Source: Alphaproteobacteria bacterium
GTDB lineage: Bacteria > Pseudomonadota > Alphaproteobacteria > UBA828
NCBI GenBank assembly: GCA_963667785.2
Contig: CAXXMU010000005.1
Location: 96,001 to 160,000 of the forward strand
Direction: 5' to 3'
Length of the DNA: 64,000 nucleotides
Position numbers and translations under genes: made by a program. The notes beneath the pieces are model-generated. The model had not been told where the DNA came from, searched no databases, and worked only from the letters and a program-made list of their open reading frames with translations. Shown here one piece after another: positions 28,111 through 38,138 of this stretch. Numbering within the stretch: the first letter of the stretch is position 1; each line of letters opens with the position of its first letter.

Positions 28111-29019
28111 ATGGCGAAGCGCAAGCAACCCCCGCGCTGGGGCGTCTGGCTCGGCATCGCGGACAACAGCTTCACCCGGCAGAAGACCGTCAAATTCGGC
28201 GACGCGTCCGCGGTGAACTCGGGCCGCCTGTGGTCGGTGCTCACCCTGATCATCCTGATCCTGGCGTGGTGGATCGCGACCATCGGCGGGATCATCGATC
28301 CCCTCTTCTGGCCGCCGCTGGAAGGCAGCCTCTATCCCTGGGACAACCCCAACCGGGCCAGGCCCGGCGTCGTCGACCGCTTCGTCAGCCTCTTCGTCGA
28401 CGGCTACCGCAACATCTCGCTCTGGGAGCATGTCGGCACCTCGGTCAAACGGGTGCTCCTCGGCGTGGTCATCGGCGCGCTGGTGGGCATCCCGCTTGGC
28501 TTCGCCATGGGCCTGAACTCGGTGGCGCGCGGGCTATTCGACCCGATCGTCGAGTTCATCCGCCCCATTCCGCCGCTCGCGCTCATCCCGCTGGTGATCC
28601 TGTGGCTGGGGATCGACGAGGTGGCCAAGATCTTCCTGCTCTTCCTGGCGGCGCTCTTCATCATGCTGATCGCCGCCCGCGCGGGCGTGAACTCGGTGCA
28701 GATCTCCAAGGTCCACGCGGCCTATTCGCTGGGCGCCTCCAAGTTCCAGGTGCTGCGCTACGTCATCCTGCCGAACGCGCTGCCGGAAATCTTCACGGGC
28801 CTGCGCACCTCCATGGGCGTCTGCTGGGGAACGCTGGTCGCCGCCGAGCTGGTGGCGGCGGACCAGGGTGTCGGCTCGATGATGATGATCGCCAAGAACT
28901 TCCTGCAGACCGACGTGGTGGTGATCGGGATCATCATCATCGGCGCGATCGGCTTCGCCATCGAGATCTTCATGCGCATGCTCGAGGCATGGCTGATCCC
29001 CTGGAAGGGGAAGGGGTGA
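28111..29019 (+). CDS. tauC: Taurine ABC transporter permease
   Basis: RPIPPLALIPL, AAYSLGAS, WGTLVAAELVAA, WKGKG end. Confidence 0.88.
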   Translation: MAKRKQPPRWGVWLGIADNSFTRQKTVKFGDASAVNSGRLWSVLTLIILILAWWIATIGGIIDPLFWPPLEGSLYPWDNPNRARPGVVDRFVSLFVDGYRNISLWEHVGTSVKRVLLGVVIGALVGIPLGFAMGLNSVARGLFDPIVEFIRPIPPLALIPLVILWLGIDEVAKIFLLFLAALFIMLIAARAGVNSVQISKVHAAYSLGASKFQVLRYVILPNALPEIFTGLRTSMGVCWGTLVAAELVAADQGVGSMMMIAKNFLQTDVVVIGIIIIGAIGFAIEIFMRMLEAWLIPWKGKG

Positions 29020-29092
29020 TGTCCGGGAACCAGGCAGCCCCCGTGCGGCCGCAGCGCGGGACCGAAACGAACAGGAACAGGAACGTATCGCC

Positions 29093-30859
29093 ATGAGAAT
29101 GACGACCGAAGAGGCCTTCGTGAAGGTCCTGCAGCGACACGGAATCGAGCACGTGTTCGGCATCATCGGCTCCGCCTTCATGCCGATATCGGACCTGTTC
29201 CCGAAGGCCGGGATTACCTTCTGGGACGTGGCGCACGAGAGCAACGCGGGCTTCATGTGCGACGGCTACACCCGCGCCAGCGGCAAGATCGCCATGTGCA
29301 TCGGCCAGAACGGCCCCGGCATCACCAACCTCGTGACCCCGGTGAAGACCGCCTACTGGAACCACACGCCGCTGCTGCTGGTGACGCCCCAGGCGGCCAA
29401 CAAGACCATCGGCCAGGGCGGCTTCCAGGAAGTGCCGCAGATGGCGCTGTTCGAGGAGATGGTCTGCTACCAGGAGGAGGTGCGCGATGCCTCCCGCATG
29501 GCCGAGGTCCTCAACCGGGTGATCGAGAATGCGGTGCGCCAGTCGGCGCCGGCGCAGATCAACGTGCCGCGCGATCTCTGGACCCAGGAGGTCGATATCG
29601 CGCTGCCGCCGATCGTGCACCTGGAGCGCGCCGCGGGCGGCGAGGAGTCGGTCGCGGAGGCCGCGCGGCTGCTCTCGGAAGCCCGCTTCCCGGTGATCCT
29701 CTCCGGCGGCGGCGTGGTGATCGGAGACGCGATCGACGAATGCCGGGCGCTCGCCGAGCGCCTCGACGCCCCGGTCTGCTCCGGCTACCAGCACAACGAC
29801 AGCTTCCCCGGCTCGCACCCGCTCGCCGCAGGCCCACTCGGCTACAACGGCTCCAAGGCGGCGATGGAGCTGATCGCGCAGGCCGACGTGGTGCTGGCGC
29901 TGGGCACGCGCCTCAACCCGTTCTCGACGCTGCCGGGCTACGGCATCGACTACTGGCCGAGGGACGCGGCGGTCATCCAGGTGGACATGAACCCGGACCG
30001 CATCGGCCTGACCAAGATGGTCACGGTCGGCATCTGCGGCGACGCGAAGAAGGTGGCGGGGCAGCTTCTCCAACAACTCTCCCGCAGCGCAGGCGATGCC
30101 GGCCGCGAAGAGCGCCGGGCCGCGATCCACCGCACCCGCTCCGCCTGGCTCCAGACCCTTGCCGGCATGGACCACGAGGACGACGATCCGGGCACCACCT
30201 GGAACGTGGACGCGCGGACGCGGGAGCCGGACCGGATGTCGGCACGGATGGCGTGGCGCGCGATCCAGGACGGCCTGCCGAAGGACGCCATCATCTCGTC
30301 CGACATCGGCAACAACTGCGCCATCGGCAACGCCTATCCGACCTTCGAGGAGGGGCGCAAGTACCTGGCGCCCGGCCTCTTCGGCCCCTGCGGCTACGGC
30401 TTTCCCGCCATCCTCGGGGCCAAGATCGGCTGCCCGGACGTGCCGGTCGTCGGTTTCGCCGGCGACGGCGCCTTCGGCATCTCCATGAACGAGATGACCT
30501 CCTGCGGGCGCGAGGGATGGCCCGCGATCACCATGGTGGTCTTCCGGAACTATCAGTGGGGCGCGGAGAAGCGGAACTCGATCCTCTGGTACGACAACAA
30601 CTTCGTCGGCACCGAGCTCAACCCCGACCTGAGCTACGCCAGGGTCGCGGACGCCTGCGGGCTGAAGGGCGTGGCGGTGAGCACCATGGAGGAGCTGACG
30701 ACGGCACTCCGCGAGTCGTGCGCGGCGCAGGCAGACGGCGTCACCACCTTCATCGAGGTCATCCTCAATCAGGAGCTGGGCGAGCCCTTCCGCCGCGATG
30801 CCATGAAGAAGCCCAACGTCGTGGCCGGCATCGAGGGCGGCGACATGCACCCCCAGTAG
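29093..30859 (+). CDS. xsc: Sulfoacetaldehyde acetyltransferase (ThDP-dependent)
   Basis: MTTEEAFVKVL..HGI..FGIIGSAFM, QNGPGITN, NYQWGAEKRN, ELGEPFRRDAM characteristic of Xsc. Confidence 0.96.
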   Translation: MRMTTEEAFVKVLQRHGIEHVFGIIGSAFMPISDLFPKAGITFWDVAHESNAGFMCDGYTRASGKIAMCIGQNGPGITNLVTPVKTAYWNHTPLLLVTPQAANKTIGQGGFQEVPQMALFEEMVCYQEEVRDASRMAEVLNRVIENAVRQSAPAQINVPRDLWTQEVDIALPPIVHLERAAGGEESVAEAARLLSEARFPVILSGGGVVIGDAIDECRALAERLDAPVCSGYQHNDSFPGSHPLAAGPLGYNGSKAAMELIAQADVVLALGTRLNPFSTLPGYGIDYWPRDAAVIQVDMNPDRIGLTKMVTVGICGDAKKVAGQLLQQLSRSAGDAGREERRAAIHRTRSAWLQTLAGMDHEDDDPGTTWNVDARTREPDRMSARMAWRAIQDGLPKDAIISSDIGNNCAIGNAYPTFEEGRKYLAPGLFGPCGYGFPAILGAKIGCPDVPVVGFAGDGAFGISMNEMTSCGREGWPAITMVVFRNYQWGAEKRNSILWYDNNFVGTELNPDLSYARVADACGLKGVAVSTMEELTTALRESCAAQADGVTTFIEVILNQELGEPFRRDAMKKPNVVAGIEGGDMHPQ

Positions 30860-31833
30860 TGGACATCGTCGAGCGCCTCGTCGCGCAGGCGAAACAGCGT
30901 CGGCGCACCGTCGTCCTGCCGGAGGGCGACGATGCGAGGATCGTCGAAGCGGCGAGGCGCCTGCACGAGGGCGGCATCGCCCGCCCCATCCTGATCGGCG
31001 AGCACACGGCGCTGGAAGACGCCGCCGCATCGGCCGGCGTATCGCTCGACGCCATCGAGAGCGTGGCGCCGGCCGAGAGCGGGGCACTCGATGCCTACGC
31101 GACGCTCTACCTGGAAGGCCGACCGAAGGCGCGCGACGGGGTGGCGCGGCGCCTGCTGGCGAAGCCGCTCTTCTACGCGGCAATGGCGGTGAAGGCGGGC
31201 GATGCCGATGCGCTGGTGGCCGGCGCGACCCAGCCGACGGCGCGCATCATCGAGGCCGGGCTGATGTCGGTGGGGCTCGCGGACGGCATCGCAACGCCGT
31301 CCAGCTTCTTCATCATGGTGCCCCGCGCAGACGGCGAGCCCCTCGTCTTCGCCGACTGCGCGGTCAACGTCGAGCCGGACGCGGATGCGCTCGCGGACAT
31401 CGCCATCGCGTCCGCCGGGAGCGCCAAGCGCCTGCTCGGGACGCCCGCACGGGTGGCGATGCTCTCGTTCTCCACCCATGGCAGCGCCAGGCACGCGCGG
31501 GTCGAGAGGGTCCGCCGCGCCGTGGAGATCGTGCGCGAACGGGCGCCGGACATCGCGATCGACGGCGAGCTCCAGGCGGATGCGGCGCTCGTGCCGCGCG
31601 TGGCTGCGCTCAAGACCACCGGCCAGAACGACGTGGCGGGCAGGGCCAACGTCCTCGTCTTCCCGGATCTCGACTCCGGCAATATCGGCTACAAGCTCTG
31701 CGAGCATCTGGGCCAGATGCGTGCGATCGGCCCCTTCCTGCAGGGCTTCGCGCGGCCGGTGTGCGACCTCTCGCGCGGGGCGACGGTGGACGACATCGTG
31801 GCCGCCGCGGCGATCACCGCGGCGATGGCGTGA
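30859..31833 (+). CDS. pta: Phosphate acetyltransferase
   Basis: VVLPEGDD, FADCAVN, AMLSFST, DGELQADAA, FPDLDSGNIGYK; GTG overlaps xsc stop. Confidence 0.93.
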   Translation: MDIVERLVAQAKQRRRTVVLPEGDDARIVEAARRLHEGGIARPILIGEHTALEDAAASAGVSLDAIESVAPAESGALDAYATLYLEGRPKARDGVARRLLAKPLFYAAMAVKAGDADALVAGATQPTARIIEAGLMSVGLADGIATPSSFFIMVPRADGEPLVFADCAVNVEPDADALADIAIASAGSAKRLLGTPARVAMLSFSTHGSARHARVERVRRAVEIVRERAPDIAIDGELQADAALVPRVAALKTTGQNDVAGRANVLVFPDLDSGNIGYKLCEHLGQMRAIGPFLQGFARPVCDLSRGATVDDIVAAAAITAAMA

Positions 31834-31837
31834 GGGT

Positions 31838-32980
31838 TTATCCCCGCTCCTCGATGGGGACGTAGTCGCGGGCCTCGGGCCCGGTGTAGAGCAGGCGCGG
31901 GCGGATCAGGATGTTGTTCTCGAGCTGCTCCATCGCCTGCACCGTCCACCCAGGAATCCGGCCGATGGCGAAGATCGGCACGAACAGATCCTCCGGGATC
32001 CCGTGCAGGTAGTAGACGACGCCCGCATAAAAATCGACGTTCACGTTGACGCCGTGGCGCGCATAGGGGCGCATCGCCTCCACCAGCGCTTCGAGGATCG
32101 CGTGCCAGTGGGGCTCTCCCATCTCCTCGGAAAGCCGCCTGACCCCTTCGCGCATGTGCCTGGCGCGGGGGTCCTCGGCCCGGTAGACGCGGTGGCCGAA
32201 GCCCATGATCGGCTCGCGCGCCTTCCGCTTCGCCTTGACGTAGGCCGCCGCCTCCGCCGGATCGCCGATCTCCTTGGCCATCCGCATCACGTTCTCCGCC
32301 GCACCGCCGTGGGCAGGGCCGGAGAGCGCAGCCACCGCCGCGGTGATGCCCGCGTGCAGGTTCGCATCGGTGCTGACGACGACCCGCGCGGTGAACGACG
32401 ATGCGTTGGAGCCATGCTCGGCGTGCAGCACCATGTCGGTGTCCATCAGCCCGCTGGCATCCTCGCTCGGCGCCTCGCCCTTGAGCATGTGGAGGAAGTT
32501 CGCGGCATGACCGAGCTCCGCGCTCGCCGGCACCGGCTCCCGGCCCTGGCGGATGTGGTGGTGCGCGGTGACGATCATCGGCACCTGCGAGGTGAGTCGG
32601 ATGCCCTTGCGGCGCGTCGCCTCCAGCGAGTTGTCGCCGGTCTCTGGATCGAACGCCGCGAGCGCGGAGACGGCGGTGCGCAGCACGTCCATGGGGTGCG
32701 ACTCCTTCACCGCGCCGATCACGTCCAGGACCGCGCCGGGCAGCGTGCGCGCCTCCTTCATGGCGCGGTCGAAGGCGCCGAGCTCGGCTCGCGTCGGAAG
32801 CTCTCCATGCAGCAGGAGGTAAGCGGTCTCCTCGAAGGAGGAGTGCGCGGCGAGATCGTGGATGGAATAGCCGCGATAGCGGAGCTCGCCGGCCCGGCCG
32901 TCGATCAGCGTGGTCGGCGAGCGGTCGAAGCAAAGATCCTTCAGGCCGCGATGAACCTCGGGCTGGTTCGCATCCGTCAT
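31838..32980 (-). CDS. Citrate synthase / 2-methylcitrate synthase family (short type)
   Basis: HAEHGSNAS, GPAHGGA, GFGHRVY..EDPR, NVDFY. Confidence 0.92.
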   Translation of the reverse strand: MTDANQPEVHRGLKDLCFDRSPTTLIDGRAGELRYRGYSIHDLAAHSSFEETAYLLLHGELPTRAELGAFDRAMKEARTLPGAVLDVIGAVKESHPMDVLRTAVSALAAFDPETGDNSLEATRRKGIRLTSQVPMIVTAHHHIRQGREPVPASAELGHAANFLHMLKGEAPSEDASGLMDTDMVLHAEHGSNASSFTARVVVSTDANLHAGITAAVAALSGPAHGGAAENVMRMAKEIGDPAEAAAYVKAKRKAREPIMGFGHRVYRAEDPRARHMREGVRRLSEEMGEPHWHAILEALVEAMRPYARHGVNVNVDFYAGVVYYLHGIPEDLFVPIFAIGRIPGWTVQAMEQLENNILIRPRLLYTGPEARDYVPIEERG

Positions 32981-33038
32981 GAGCGTCTCGCCTTCCGCCG
33001 GTTGGGAGAGCGAAGCGTAACCGACGGGGCCGGACCCG

Positions 33039-33908
33039 TCAGCCGAGCCTCGCCTGAAGCGCGCGCCCGACCTCGGAAGGCGTGTCCAGCACCTCGACGC
33101 CCGCCGCCTCGAGCGCCGTGCGCTTCGATGCGTAGGTGCCCCTGTCGCCCATCACGATCGCGCCGGCATGGCCCATCTTCTTGCCTGGCGGCGAGGCGCT
33201 GCCCGCGATGAAGGCCACCACGGGCTTGGCCATCTCTCGTGCGTAGGCGGCCGCGTCCTCCTCCATCGTCCCGCCGATCTCGCCGACCACCACGACCGCA
33301 TCGGTGCGCGCGTCGGCATCCAGCGCCTCCAGCGCGTCGCACGTGGTCGTTCCGACGATCGGGTCGCCGCCGATGCCGATGAAGGCCGACTGCCCGAAGC
33401 CGGCCTGCACCAGGTTGAGACAGACCAGGGTGCCGAGACTTCCGCTGCGGGAAATCACCCCCACCCGGCCGGGCCGGAAGACGTCGGCCTCGAACGCCGG
33501 CATGAAACCGACGAAGCACGCGCCCGGCGTCACCAGGCCGGCGGTATTCGGGCCGACGACGGCGGCGCCGTTTGCGCGGGCCATCGCCAGCATCTCCATC
33601 ACGTCCTGTACCGGAATGTGCTCGGTGAGCACGACGAGGCGGGCGCAGCCGGCCTCGATCGCGTCCTGCGCCGCCGCCTTCACCCCGAGCGGCGGAATGA
33701 ACAGGACGGAGAGGTCGAAGCCCGTCTCGCGCATTGCCTCGCCTGCGGTCGCGAAGACCGGCACGCCGCAATGCCGGGTGCCGGCCTTCTTCGGGTTCAC
33801 GCCCGCCACGACGCAGGTGCCGTAGGCCTGCATGCGCTCGGTCCAGTAGGTGCCCTGCCGCCCGGTGATCCCCTGGACGAGCACCCGGTCTCCGCCGCGC
33901 ACGATCAT
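33039..33908 (-). CDS. ADP-forming acyl-CoA ligase alpha subunit (SucD-like; probable sulfoacetate-CoA ligase)
   Basis: VQGITG, GPNTAG, SRSG, GIGGDP, GEIGG, MGHAGA; cotranscribed with sauS. Confidence 0.85.
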   Translation of the reverse strand: MIVRGGDRVLVQGITGRQGTYWTERMQAYGTCVVAGVNPKKAGTRHCGVPVFATAGEAMRETGFDLSVLFIPPLGVKAAAQDAIEAGCARLVVLTEHIPVQDVMEMLAMARANGAAVVGPNTAGLVTPGACFVGFMPAFEADVFRPGRVGVISRSGSLGTLVCLNLVQAGFGQSAFIGIGGDPIVGTTTCDALEALDADARTDAVVVVGEIGGTMEEDAAAYAREMAKPVVAFIAGSASPPGKKMGHAGAIVMGDRGTYASKRTALEAAGVEVLDTPSEVGRALQARLG

Positions 33909-35050
33909 GGGGGACCGCCCGCATCGCGGGCCGCGGCGACGGCGGCGACGATCGCCTCATCCATCGTCCCGTAGGGTGTCACGCCGAGCCGTTCGCGGAG
34001 CATCTCCCGCGCTTGCGCCGAGCCCGTGCCGCGCACGCTGAAGAAGACCGGCATGGCGGGCGTGAACGCCTCCCAGGCATCGAGCACGCCCGCGGTCATC
34101 ACGTCGGTCCGCGCGAAGGCGCCGCAGAAGTTCACCACGAGGCTCCGCACCCTGGGATTGGCGAGAACGATCTCCAGCGCCGGCGCTCCCCTGGTGTAGG
34201 CGTCGCCGCCGATTTCCAGGAAATTCGCCGCCCGCCCCCCGTGGTGCGCGATCACGTCCATGGTGGTCATGGTGAGCCCGGCGCCGTTGGCGAGCACGCC
34301 GATGTCCCCGTCGAGCTCGATGTATCTCAGCCCCAGCGCCTGCGCGCGCGCCTCCAGCGCGGTGAGCGGTTCGGGGCTCCCTCCGCGCGCGAGCTCCTCC
34401 CGGCGCCGGATCCCGGAATCGTCGAGGGTGAACTTGCAATCGAGCGCGACCAGGCGCCCGTCATCGAGCCGGGCGAGGGGATTGACCTCGAGAAGCTCGG
34501 CGTCGTTGTCGCGGTAGGCGCGATAGAGCGCCATGAGGGTCTCGGCGACCGGCCCTTCGTCGGCGTCGAGGCCGAGGCCCTCCAGCATCGCGCGTGCGGT
34601 CTCGAGGTCCAACCCGTGCAGGATGTCCACGCTTGCCCGCCGCAGCCGCTCCGGCATCGACGCCGCGATCTCCTCCACGTCCATGCCGCCCTCGGAGGAG
34701 AAAATCACCAGCGGCGCCTGCGACGCCGCGTCGCCCAGGATCGCCGCGTAGTACTCCGCCGCGACCGGCGCGCGCTCCTCGACCAGCACCGAGGCGACGC
34801 GATGCCCCGCGATCTCCATGCCGAGGATCGCGCCGGCCGCTCCGCGCGCGGCTGCGGGATCGTCCGCGACACGGATGCCGCCGGCCTTGCCGCGCTTGCC
34901 TTGCGGAACCTGGGCCTTGACCACCACCGGTGCCGCGAGTTCCGCCGCGACGGCTTCCGCCTCGGCGGCGCTCCGCGCGAGCCTGCCGCGCGGGATCGCG
35001 ATGCCTGCCGCCCGCAGCAGCGGCTTCGCCGCATGCTCCTCGAAGTCCAC
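33905..35050 (-). CDS. ADP-forming acyl-CoA ligase beta subunit (SucC-like; probable sulfoacetate-CoA ligase)
   Basis: VVKAQV..GKRGKAGG, EVNPL, NGAGLTMTTMD, NFLEIGG; diverged from housekeeping SucC. Confidence 0.85.
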   Translation of the reverse strand: MDFEEHAAKPLLRAAGIAIPRGRLARSAAEAEAVAAELAAPVVVKAQVPQGKRGKAGGIRVADDPAAARGAAGAILGMEIAGHRVASVLVEERAPVAAEYYAAILGDAASQAPLVIFSSEGGMDVEEIAASMPERLRRASVDILHGLDLETARAMLEGLGLDADEGPVAETLMALYRAYRDNDAELLEVNPLARLDDGRLVALDCKFTLDDSGIRRREELARGGSPEPLTALEARAQALGLRYIELDGDIGVLANGAGLTMTTMDVIAHHGGRAANFLEIGGDAYTRGAPALEIVLANPRVRSLVVNFCGAFARTDVMTAGVLDAWEAFTPAMPVFFSVRGTGSAQAREMLRERLGVTPYGTMDEAIVAAVAAARDAGGPP

Positions 35051-35089
35051 GATGTCCGGTTCCCTGTCGCGCGACGGGCGCCGCGTCGC

Positions 35090-36517
35090 CTACGTCCCGT
35101 ACTTGTCCCAGTAGTCGCCGAACAGCGCCTCCTCGCTGGGCTTGTCTTCGGGAATCGGGACGGCGAGATGGGTGATGTTGAGGAAGTGCCGGTAGTTGAG
35201 GTTCTCGCTGATGCTGTTGCCCTGCCAGGTCCCGCACCCCATGGAGAGGGTGAAGTTGAGGCCGCTGTCGAAGCCGCCTCCGTTGCCGAAGGTGTGCGCC
35301 ATGTTCACGAGGACCCGCGCGGTATCGAGCTCCTCGGCGAGACGGCGGGCATGCGCTGTCTCCTCGGTGTGAATGCCGACGGAGTGGCCCCGGCCCTTGA
35401 CGCCCATGATCGCGCGCACCTTGCCCACGGCATCGTCGAAGCTCCTGGCACGATAGACGGTGAGCACCAGAGCGAGCTTCTCGTCGGAGAACGGATGCTC
35501 AGGCCCGATCCCGGTCTCCTCGACCATGACGAAGCGGGCGCCGGGCGCCGGGCCTTCGAGACCGCACTCGGCCGCGAAGACCCCAAAATCCTTCGCGATG
35601 ACTCGCCGGTTGAGCCCTCCGTCGACCCAGAGGGTACGCCGGATCGCCTCCTTCTCCGCCGCGTCCGCCAGGTAGCCGCCGGCGCGCTGCAGCGCGGCGA
35701 GCGCGGCGTCGTACACGTCGTCGAGAATGATCAGCGCGTTCTCCGAGGAGCACGAGGTCGCGTTGTCGAAGCACTTGGAGGCGGCGATCTTCGCCGCCGC
35801 CTCGTCGAGCTTCGCGCTGGAATCGACGATGACCGGGACGTTGCCGGCACCCACCCCGATCGCGGGCGTGCCGCTGCGGTAGGCGGCCCGCACGTTGCTC
35901 TGCGAGCCGGTGACGACCACCAGGTCGCAGGCCGCCATCAGCGCCTGAGTGATCGCCTTGTCCACGGGCGCAGGCAGCACCTGCACCAGGTCCGCAGGCG
36001 CGCCGATCTTCTCCAGCTCCGCCCGCATCAGCGCCACGGCCCTCGTGGTGGTCGCGAGGCCGGCGGGAGAGGGCGCGATGACGATCGCGTTGCGCCCCTT
36101 GAGCGCCATCATCGTCTTGTTCACGGGTGTCGCCGCGGGGTTGGTCGACGGCGTCACCGCGCCGACCACACCGACCGGCTTCGCGTACTTCACCAGCCCG
36201 AGCGCCGGCAGCTCCTCGACGATGCCGACGCTCTTCACCCGCATCAGGTCGCGCAGGGTGCCGAAGGTCTTGCGCCGGTTCTTGACGACCTTGTCGGCCG
36301 CGTTGCCGAGGCCGGTGTCGTCCACCGCCATCCTGGCGAGCGCCTCGGCGTGTTCGGGCTTGTAGAGCGACCAGGCGATCGCGGTCACCGCCTCGTCCAC
36401 CCGCGCCTGATCGGAATCGGCGAAGGCCGCCATGGCCGTGCGGGCGCGGCGGACCAGCGCGGCGACGATCGCAACCGGGTCGCGCTCGAAGACTTGGGCC
36501 TTGGCAGGCTGGCTCAT
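35090..36517 (-). CDS. sauS: CoA-acylating aldehyde dehydrogenase, probable sulfoacetaldehyde dehydrogenase
   Basis: PSTNPAATP, GVGAGN, FDNATSCSSEN, GGFDSGLNFTLSMGCGTW; adjacent to xsc cluster; SD GAGGAG. Confidence 0.8.
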   Translation of the reverse strand: MSQPAKAQVFERDPVAIVAALVRRARTAMAAFADSDQARVDEAVTAIAWSLYKPEHAEALARMAVDDTGLGNAADKVVKNRRKTFGTLRDLMRVKSVGIVEELPALGLVKYAKPVGVVGAVTPSTNPAATPVNKTMMALKGRNAIVIAPSPAGLATTTRAVALMRAELEKIGAPADLVQVLPAPVDKAITQALMAACDLVVVTGSQSNVRAAYRSGTPAIGVGAGNVPVIVDSSAKLDEAAAKIAASKCFDNATSCSSENALIILDDVYDAALAALQRAGGYLADAAEKEAIRRTLWVDGGLNRRVIAKDFGVFAAECGLEGPAPGARFVMVEETGIGPEHPFSDEKLALVLTVYRARSFDDAVGKVRAIMGVKGRGHSVGIHTEETAHARRLAEELDTARVLVNMAHTFGNGGGFDSGLNFTLSMGCGTWQGNSISENLNYRHFLNITHLAVPIPEDKPSEEALFGDYWDKYGT

Positions 36518-36849
36518 CGTCCGTGTCGCTCCTCGGGCTGCGCGCCGGCGTGCCCGATGCGGCCGTCGCGCCGGTGGCGGAGCTTGGTGCAGGCTCCGGC
36601 CTCGAATCAAGCATCTTACGCAGCGCGCGGGACGCGTGCAGCAGGGGAAAAGCCGGGACACGATGGATCGGGCGCAAGCGCTGCCGCTCCGCATCTCCTT
36701 CTGGCCTTGCCGCTTCGAATCGACCGTGCGCTCCGCGAGGGTGCCCGGTATCGTCGCGGGCGCCGTCAGCCGCCTCGACCTGGCCTCGCGGCGGCCCCGG
36801 ACACTGTTCACCTGAATGCACCGAACGGACGCCGGCCACCCCCGCAGCG

Positions 36850-37542
36850 ATGAGCGCCCGCCATGCCATCTACTTCGCGCCCGACGCGGGCACGCCGCTC
36901 GCGCGCTTCGGCGCCGCCTGGCTCGGGCGCGATGCCGAATCGGGCGAGCGGCTGGCGCGGCCGGCAGTCGAGGGCTTCGGCGACGAGCGGCTGGAGCGCA
37001 TCACAGAGAAGCCGCGCGGCTACGGTTTTCACGCGACCCTGGCGCCGCCCTTCCGGCTCTCTCAGGCGTGCACGCGCGCGATGCTCGACGAGGCGCTCGC
37101 CGCCTTCGCCGCCACGCGCAGGCCCTTTCACACGCCGCCGCTGACGCTTGCGGTGCTCGACGACTTCCTCGCCCTGATGCTCTCCGACGAGAGCGAGGCC
37201 ATGCAGGCGCTGGAGGACGACATCATCCACGCCTTCGAGCGCTTTCGCGCGCCGCCCGCTCCGGCCGAGCACATTCGCCGGCAGGCGGTGGCGCACACGC
37301 CGCGCCAGGAGGAATTGCTCCGGCAATGGGGCTATCCCTTCGTGCTGGACGAGTTCCGCTTCCACATGACGCTCACGTGCGAGCTCGACCAGCCCGAGCG
37401 GGGCGCGCTCCGACGGGCGCTGGCACGGCTCACCGCTCCCCTTTGCGCCTCGCCGCTCGCGGTCGCCGGCATCGCGCTGTTCGAGCAGGCGGAGCGCGGC
37501 GGCCCGTTCATGCTCACCCGCCGCTACCCGTTCCCGGCGTGA
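36850..37542 (+). CDS. DUF1045 family 2H phosphoesterase-like protein
   Basis: AIYFAP, YGFHATL, WGYPFV..EFRFHMTLT (two HxT motifs). Confidence 0.85.
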   Translation: MSARHAIYFAPDAGTPLARFGAAWLGRDAESGERLARPAVEGFGDERLERITEKPRGYGFHATLAPPFRLSQACTRAMLDEALAAFAATRRPFHTPPLTLAVLDDFLALMLSDESEAMQALEDDIIHAFERFRAPPAPAEHIRRQAVAHTPRQEELLRQWGYPFVLDEFRFHMTLTCELDQPERGALRRALARLTAPLCASPLAVAGIALFEQAERGGPFMLTRRYPFPA

Positions 37543-37654
37543 GCGGGGAGGCAGTCGACGACGACGCCCCGGCAGCCTCGCCCTGCGGCGCTGGCGCCGG
37601 GGGCCGGCATCGGCCATCATCCCGCCGCCTGACCGCCGCACACGGGGAGCGCCG

Positions 37655-38050
37655 ATGATCACGAAGGGAATCAAGCAGCTCGTGGCCGAGGCCGAAGCCG
37701 AGATCGAGACCATCACGGCCGAGGACGCCATCGCGCTGATGGACGACGAGAGCGTCGAGCTCGTCGACATCCGCGACATCAGGGAGCTCTGGCGCGAAGG
37801 CGCCGTCCCCGGCGCGCGCCACGTGCCGCGCGGCATGATCGAGTTCTGGATCGACCCCGAGAGCCCCTATCACAAGCCCTTCTTCGCCAGCGGCAGGAAG
37901 TTCGTGTTCTTCTGCGCCGGGGGATTACGCTCGGCGCTGGCGACGCAGGCGGCGCAGAACATGGGGCTCGGCCCCGTCGCCCATATCGCCGGCGGCTTCG
38001 GCGCCTGGAAGGAGGCCGGCGGCCCGACCGAGGAGAAGCCGCGTCCCTAA
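37655..38050 (+). CDS. Rhodanese-like domain protein
   Basis: VDIRD, HVPRGMIEF, FCAGGLRS, GGFGAW. Confidence 0.9.
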   Translation: MITKGIKQLVAEAEAEIETITAEDAIALMDDESVELVDIRDIRELWREGAVPGARHVPRGMIEFWIDPESPYHKPFFASGRKFVFFCAGGLRSALATQAAQNMGLGPVAHIAGGFGAWKEAGGPTEEKPRP

Positions 38051-38138
38051 CTCCCCGCCGGCCGGTCCGCCGGGCCGGGCCAGGCCGCTCGCACCGCTTC
38101 TCGCCGCCTATTTCGCCCTGCCGCCGCCCGCCCGCGGC

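Noticed and set aside
29257-31833. 858-aa ORF as a Pta fusion protein
   Set aside because: The N-terminal part is an off-frame shadow of xsc; Pta similarity begins at GTG 30859.
33039-35050. Housekeeping succinyl-CoA synthetase sucCD
   Set aside because: Sequences are diverged and sit in an operon with sauS rather than with mdh/sucAB; symbols withheld.
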